Of a stretch of 46,391 bases of DNA, positions 43,574 to 46,391 are shown piece by piece. The stretch is from Candidatus Omnitrophota bacterium (GTDB lineage: Bacteria > Omnitrophota > Gorgyraeia > Gorgyraeales > Gorgyraeaceae). Made by a program: the position numbers and the translations under genes. The DNA lies in assembly GCA_018824145.1 (NCBI GenBank), contig JAHJHC010000114.1:1-46391 (forward strand), given 5' to 3'. The notes beneath the pieces are model-generated. The model saw only the letters and a program-made list of their open reading frames with translations. It was not told where the DNA came from and ran no database searches. Positions within the stretch are counted from its first letter, which is position 1, and each line of letters starts with the position of its first letter.

Positions 43574-45532
43574 TCAAATAATCCCCTGAAGTCTTTTCAC
43601 TATCTTATCTCTATCACCTAACTTCTTTATTGCCGGTCTTTCCCGTAAAAGCCTATCTATTACATCTTGAATAGCGCCAGGGGAAGCTGTCTTTATATAG
43701 CCCTGTTCTTCTAGATTCTTAACGGCCCTCTCGTATTTTCCTCCAGTGGCAAACCCGCCTCTAAAAACAACTGTATATTTTCCCGAGCTGACAGCCTCTG
43801 AAATCATTGAGATACTCTCAGGTGAAGTCACTATCACATCACTCAAACCAAATATTGCCGGCACAATACCATCTATATTCTTCTCATTTGCGATTACTAA
43901 CCGTTTACATATCGGATTTTTTTGTAACTTTTGTTTCAAAAGAGCGTCTATCTCTCCGGAGGTCCTTCTGGAAGTCGAAACAAATACATCCATCCCGACC
44001 TTATTAGCTATATTCAAAATTCCATCCACTACTTTTTCAACGTCTTCTTTTTTTAATTTAAAATTCTTTGCATCTCCGCCTATTAAGAGACCTATACCTT
44101 GACGCGGGGTATGGGGGTAACGAGTAATGGCTTCTTCCATTGCCTTTTCTGTAATCCTGTTAGGTGCAGCTTCTGTAACTACCACATTCGGCCTTACTCT
44201 CTCACCCTTGATATCATGCCCAGGTAAAATAACTATATCGAATCTTCTTCCTTTACCTAAACCAGGTTTCATTATTACAATATTCTTGGCATTATTTTCA
44301 TACTTTAAGAAAATATTAGTACTAACTAAGGACGCTCCACAGGAAATAATAATATCGGCATATTGACTTCTGACCCCATTAAAAGACTCTTTCTCTAAAC
44401 ATAACCTTAGGCCTTTTAGACATCCTTGGCACCGTCTTCCGGTAAAAAAACTTGCCAGATCTAAAATAAGCCTTGCTACTTTATTTTTGAATTTCACTTT
44501 CACAACTTTAATCTTAAGAATAGGCCTCTCTTCTATACCTCGCGCCTTGAGTCTAGTGCCCAGAGCTTCCTCTATCATCTCAGCCACTGCCAATGACTGA
44601 TTAAAATGCCCGGACTTGCCATCACTTAAAATCAACACTGTACGTTGAGGAGTGGTCTTCCACCTTTTGTGTGACCATAACCACTGCTCTGGAAACCGCC
44701 TTATATAATGTTCAAGTACACCTGTAATCTTTTCTAAATTTGTCCTTATATCTTTTTCTTTATCCTGTGTTTTAACTAACTCTAAAGGCTCTCCAATCTC
44801 TACAATATGTTTATCATAACCCACTCGCCAGACAAACGTAGGAAGTATAGCAGCACCTGTCTTCAAGCTAAAACTTACGACCCCTTGTGCTGTAGAAGCA
44901 GGCCTATTAAAAAGCTCCACAAACACCCCTTTCGGGCCGGCATCCTGATCAAAAAGCATTGCTACCATGCCATTATTATTAAGGGTCTTTATAATATCCC
45001 TTATTGAAAAACCCTTTGTAACAACCTTACAACCCGTCATTGCTCTATATTGATTCAAGAGACTATTCAACCTCTTATACTTCTGTTCCCGCGCAAAAAG
45101 AGACATTCTATAACCCTTTGCACTAATAGCTAAAGATGCAACCTCCCAATTACCAAAATGTGCGGCCAAGAATATCATGCCCTTACCTTCATCAAGCGCT
45201 CTTTTGACACTTTCAAGATTTTCAACACTTATATACTTTTCCAAATATCTCTTACCCATACGAGGGGTCCTTAGTAGTTCTATAATGCTCATACCAAGAT
45301 TTTCAAAATGAGATTTTGTAATCCTCTTAATCTGGCAGGACGTTTTTTCAGGAAACGCTGATTTTAAATTAGCATATGCTATAGCCCTTCTTTTGGAGTT
45401 CATAATACACACTAAATCGCCCACACGCCGGCCTATCCACAGCGCAAGGCATAAAGGAATAAACCCCAGCAATATGCTGAGTATCTTAAGTATTATATAT
45501 CCCAAAAAGTCTATTAAAGAATGCCTGTTCAT
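43574..45532 (-). CDS. LpxL-family acyltransferase fused to an ELM1/DUF1022 (GT-B-like) domain
   Basis: AHFGNWE, DQDAG, PEQWLWSHKRWK then LSDGKSGHFNQS, LIGG, STSRRT, ESISMISEA. Confidence 0.88.
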   Translation of the reverse strand: MNRHSLIDFLGYIILKILSILLGFIPLCLALWIGRRVGDLVCIMNSKRRAIAYANLKSAFPEKTSCQIKRITKSHFENLGMSIIELLRTPRMGKRYLEKYISVENLESVKRALDEGKGMIFLAAHFGNWEVASLAISAKGYRMSLFAREQKYKRLNSLLNQYRAMTGCKVVTKGFSIRDIIKTLNNNGMVAMLFDQDAGPKGVFVELFNRPASTAQGVVSFSLKTGAAILPTFVWRVGYDKHIVEIGEPLELVKTQDKEKDIRTNLEKITGVLEHYIRRFPEQWLWSHKRWKTTPQRTVLILSDGKSGHFNQSLAVAEMIEEALGTRLKARGIEERPILKIKVVKVKFKNKVARLILDLASFFTGRRCQGCLKGLRLCLEKESFNGVRSQYADIIISCGASLVSTNIFLKYENNAKNIVIMKPGLGKGRRFDIVILPGHDIKGERVRPNVVVTEAAPNRITEKAMEEAITRYPHTPRQGIGLLIGGDAKNFKLKKEDVEKVVDGILNIANKVGMDVFVSTSRRTSGEIDALLKQKLQKNPICKRLVIANEKNIDGIVPAIFGLSDVIVTSPESISMISEAVSSGKYTVVFRGGFATGGKYERAVKNLEEQGYIKTASPGAIQDVIDRLLRERPAIKKLGDRDKIVKRLQGII

Positions 45533-46391
45533 TTTCCACTATCCTAAGTTCAATGCCGAGGACTATTAATTCCGCCACCCCTATTACATCCTTACTGCCT
45601 CGTAATCTTACAGCGTCTTTTTCTGTAGTGATGATCGCATCGATTTCATTCTGTTTGCAATAACCTGCTATCTTTTCTAAATCCTTCTCCTTATACCAAT
45701 AATGATCGCGAAACATAAAATGTTTTTTGACGTTCAACCCCAGTTTCAAAATCGTCTTCTCAAATGAAGACGGGTTGCCGATTCCTGAAAGCAGTGCAAT
45801 ATTTTTACCTTTCAACTGTTCCGGATCTACGATCACTTCATCTAACAATCTATAAAAATGTCTGGCCCTGTGAATAGATTTAACCAAAAGTGCATTAGGA
45901 TTTATTTTTTTCAGTTTGACTTCTAACTCGAACAAACTCTTCTGATCCTCAACTAAGTCAACCTTTGTAATCAAAAAGACATCTCCCCTTTTAAGACCCG
46001 AAATACTTTCGCGCATCGAGCCAGCAGGTATTACCCATCCATTGCCAAAAGGATTTGTAGCATCTATACAGACAACATCCAGGTCTCTTTTTAAGGACAT
46101 ATATTGAAATCCATCGTCCAATAAAATTGTATCTACTGAATATTTAGTCACAGCCTCCCTTCCGGTCTTAACCCTGTCCTTACCAGCCAAAACAGGAACT
46201 CCTGATGCAGATCTCGACAACAGCTTCTCTTCATCATTACCATAATCTCTTGTAAGAAGCGCAACCTTCAAACCTCGCTTCAACATGGCCTGCAGCATGT
46301 ATAAAACCAACGGCGTCTTTCCCGTCCCGCCCCAGGTAATATTTCCCACGCTGATAACTTTTACATTAAGCCTATGTTCTCTAAAAATACA
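45486..46391 (-). CDS. lpxK: Tetraacyldisaccharide 4'-kinase (5' end outside window)
   Basis: Frame open to window edge: ...KVISVGNITWGGTGKTP, LDDGFQ, PAGSMRE, GIGNP, FRDHY, TTEKDAVR. Confidence 0.95.
   Translation of the reverse strand, partial: CIFREHRLNVKVISVGNITWGGTGKTPLVLYMLQAMLKRGLKVALLTRDYGNDEEKLLSRSASGVPVLAGKDRVKTGREAVTKYSVDTILLDDGFQYMSLKRDLDVVCIDATNPFGNGWVIPAGSMRESISGLKRGDVFLITKVDLVEDQKSLFELEVKLKKINPNALLVKSIHRARHFYRLLDEVIVDPEQLKGKNIALLSGIGNPSSFEKTILKLGLNVKKHFMFRDHYWYKEKDLEKIAGYCKQNEIDAIITTEKDAVRLRGSKDVIGVAELIVLGIELRIVENEQAFFNRLFGIYNT

Noticed and set aside
514-45007. Numerous other short ORFs in the track (e.g. 4429-4902, 5685-6215, 9136-9588, 27844-28314, 42518-43051, 15365-15547, 24219-24524)
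   Set aside because: They overlap well-supported genes, mostly as antisense shadows, and lack motifs
45486-46349. lpxK as an N-terminally truncated pseudogene
   Set aside because: The frame stays open to the window edge; truncation is a window artefact (same for dxr at the other end)

Overview
A 46.4 kb bacterial chromosomal segment from a diderm, LPS-producing organism. Gene order and fusions suggest PVC superphylum, probably Ca. Omnitrophota (inference only). Almost all genes lie on the minus strand. In transcription order: (i) an LPS/lipid A/Kdo block (lpxK partial, LpxL-ELM1 fusion, GT4-GT9 fusion, GT4, deacetylase, three GT9, DUF3108, a DUF5674 gene pair, a deoxyhypusine-synthase-like orphan, hldA, kdsB, kdsA, kdsD, kdsC); (ii) a ~14 kb block separating kdsC from lpxL-lptC/A-lptB, containing two stand-alone receivers, an MSHA-like type IV pilus cluster without a secretin, a YfhO-type GT-C gene directly after the major pilin, a RAYT-type HUH transposase bounded by 61-bp inverted repeats, and a small-protein + retropepsin pair; (iii) housekeeping genes (tig lacking its FKBP domain, clpP, class V aminotransferase, serA, probable Re-citrate synthase, purA, membrane pyrophosphatase, OmpA-domain lipoprotein, uppS, cdsA, dxr partial). 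The most striking signal is a set of tiny palindromic elements. GGGACAC hairpins matching the RAYT arms bracket the YfhO gene. Three composite REP-like elements abut stop codons. A 30-bp element is inserted in frame in kdsB and nested inside itself in lptC. No rRNA, tRNA or CRISPR array was recognised.
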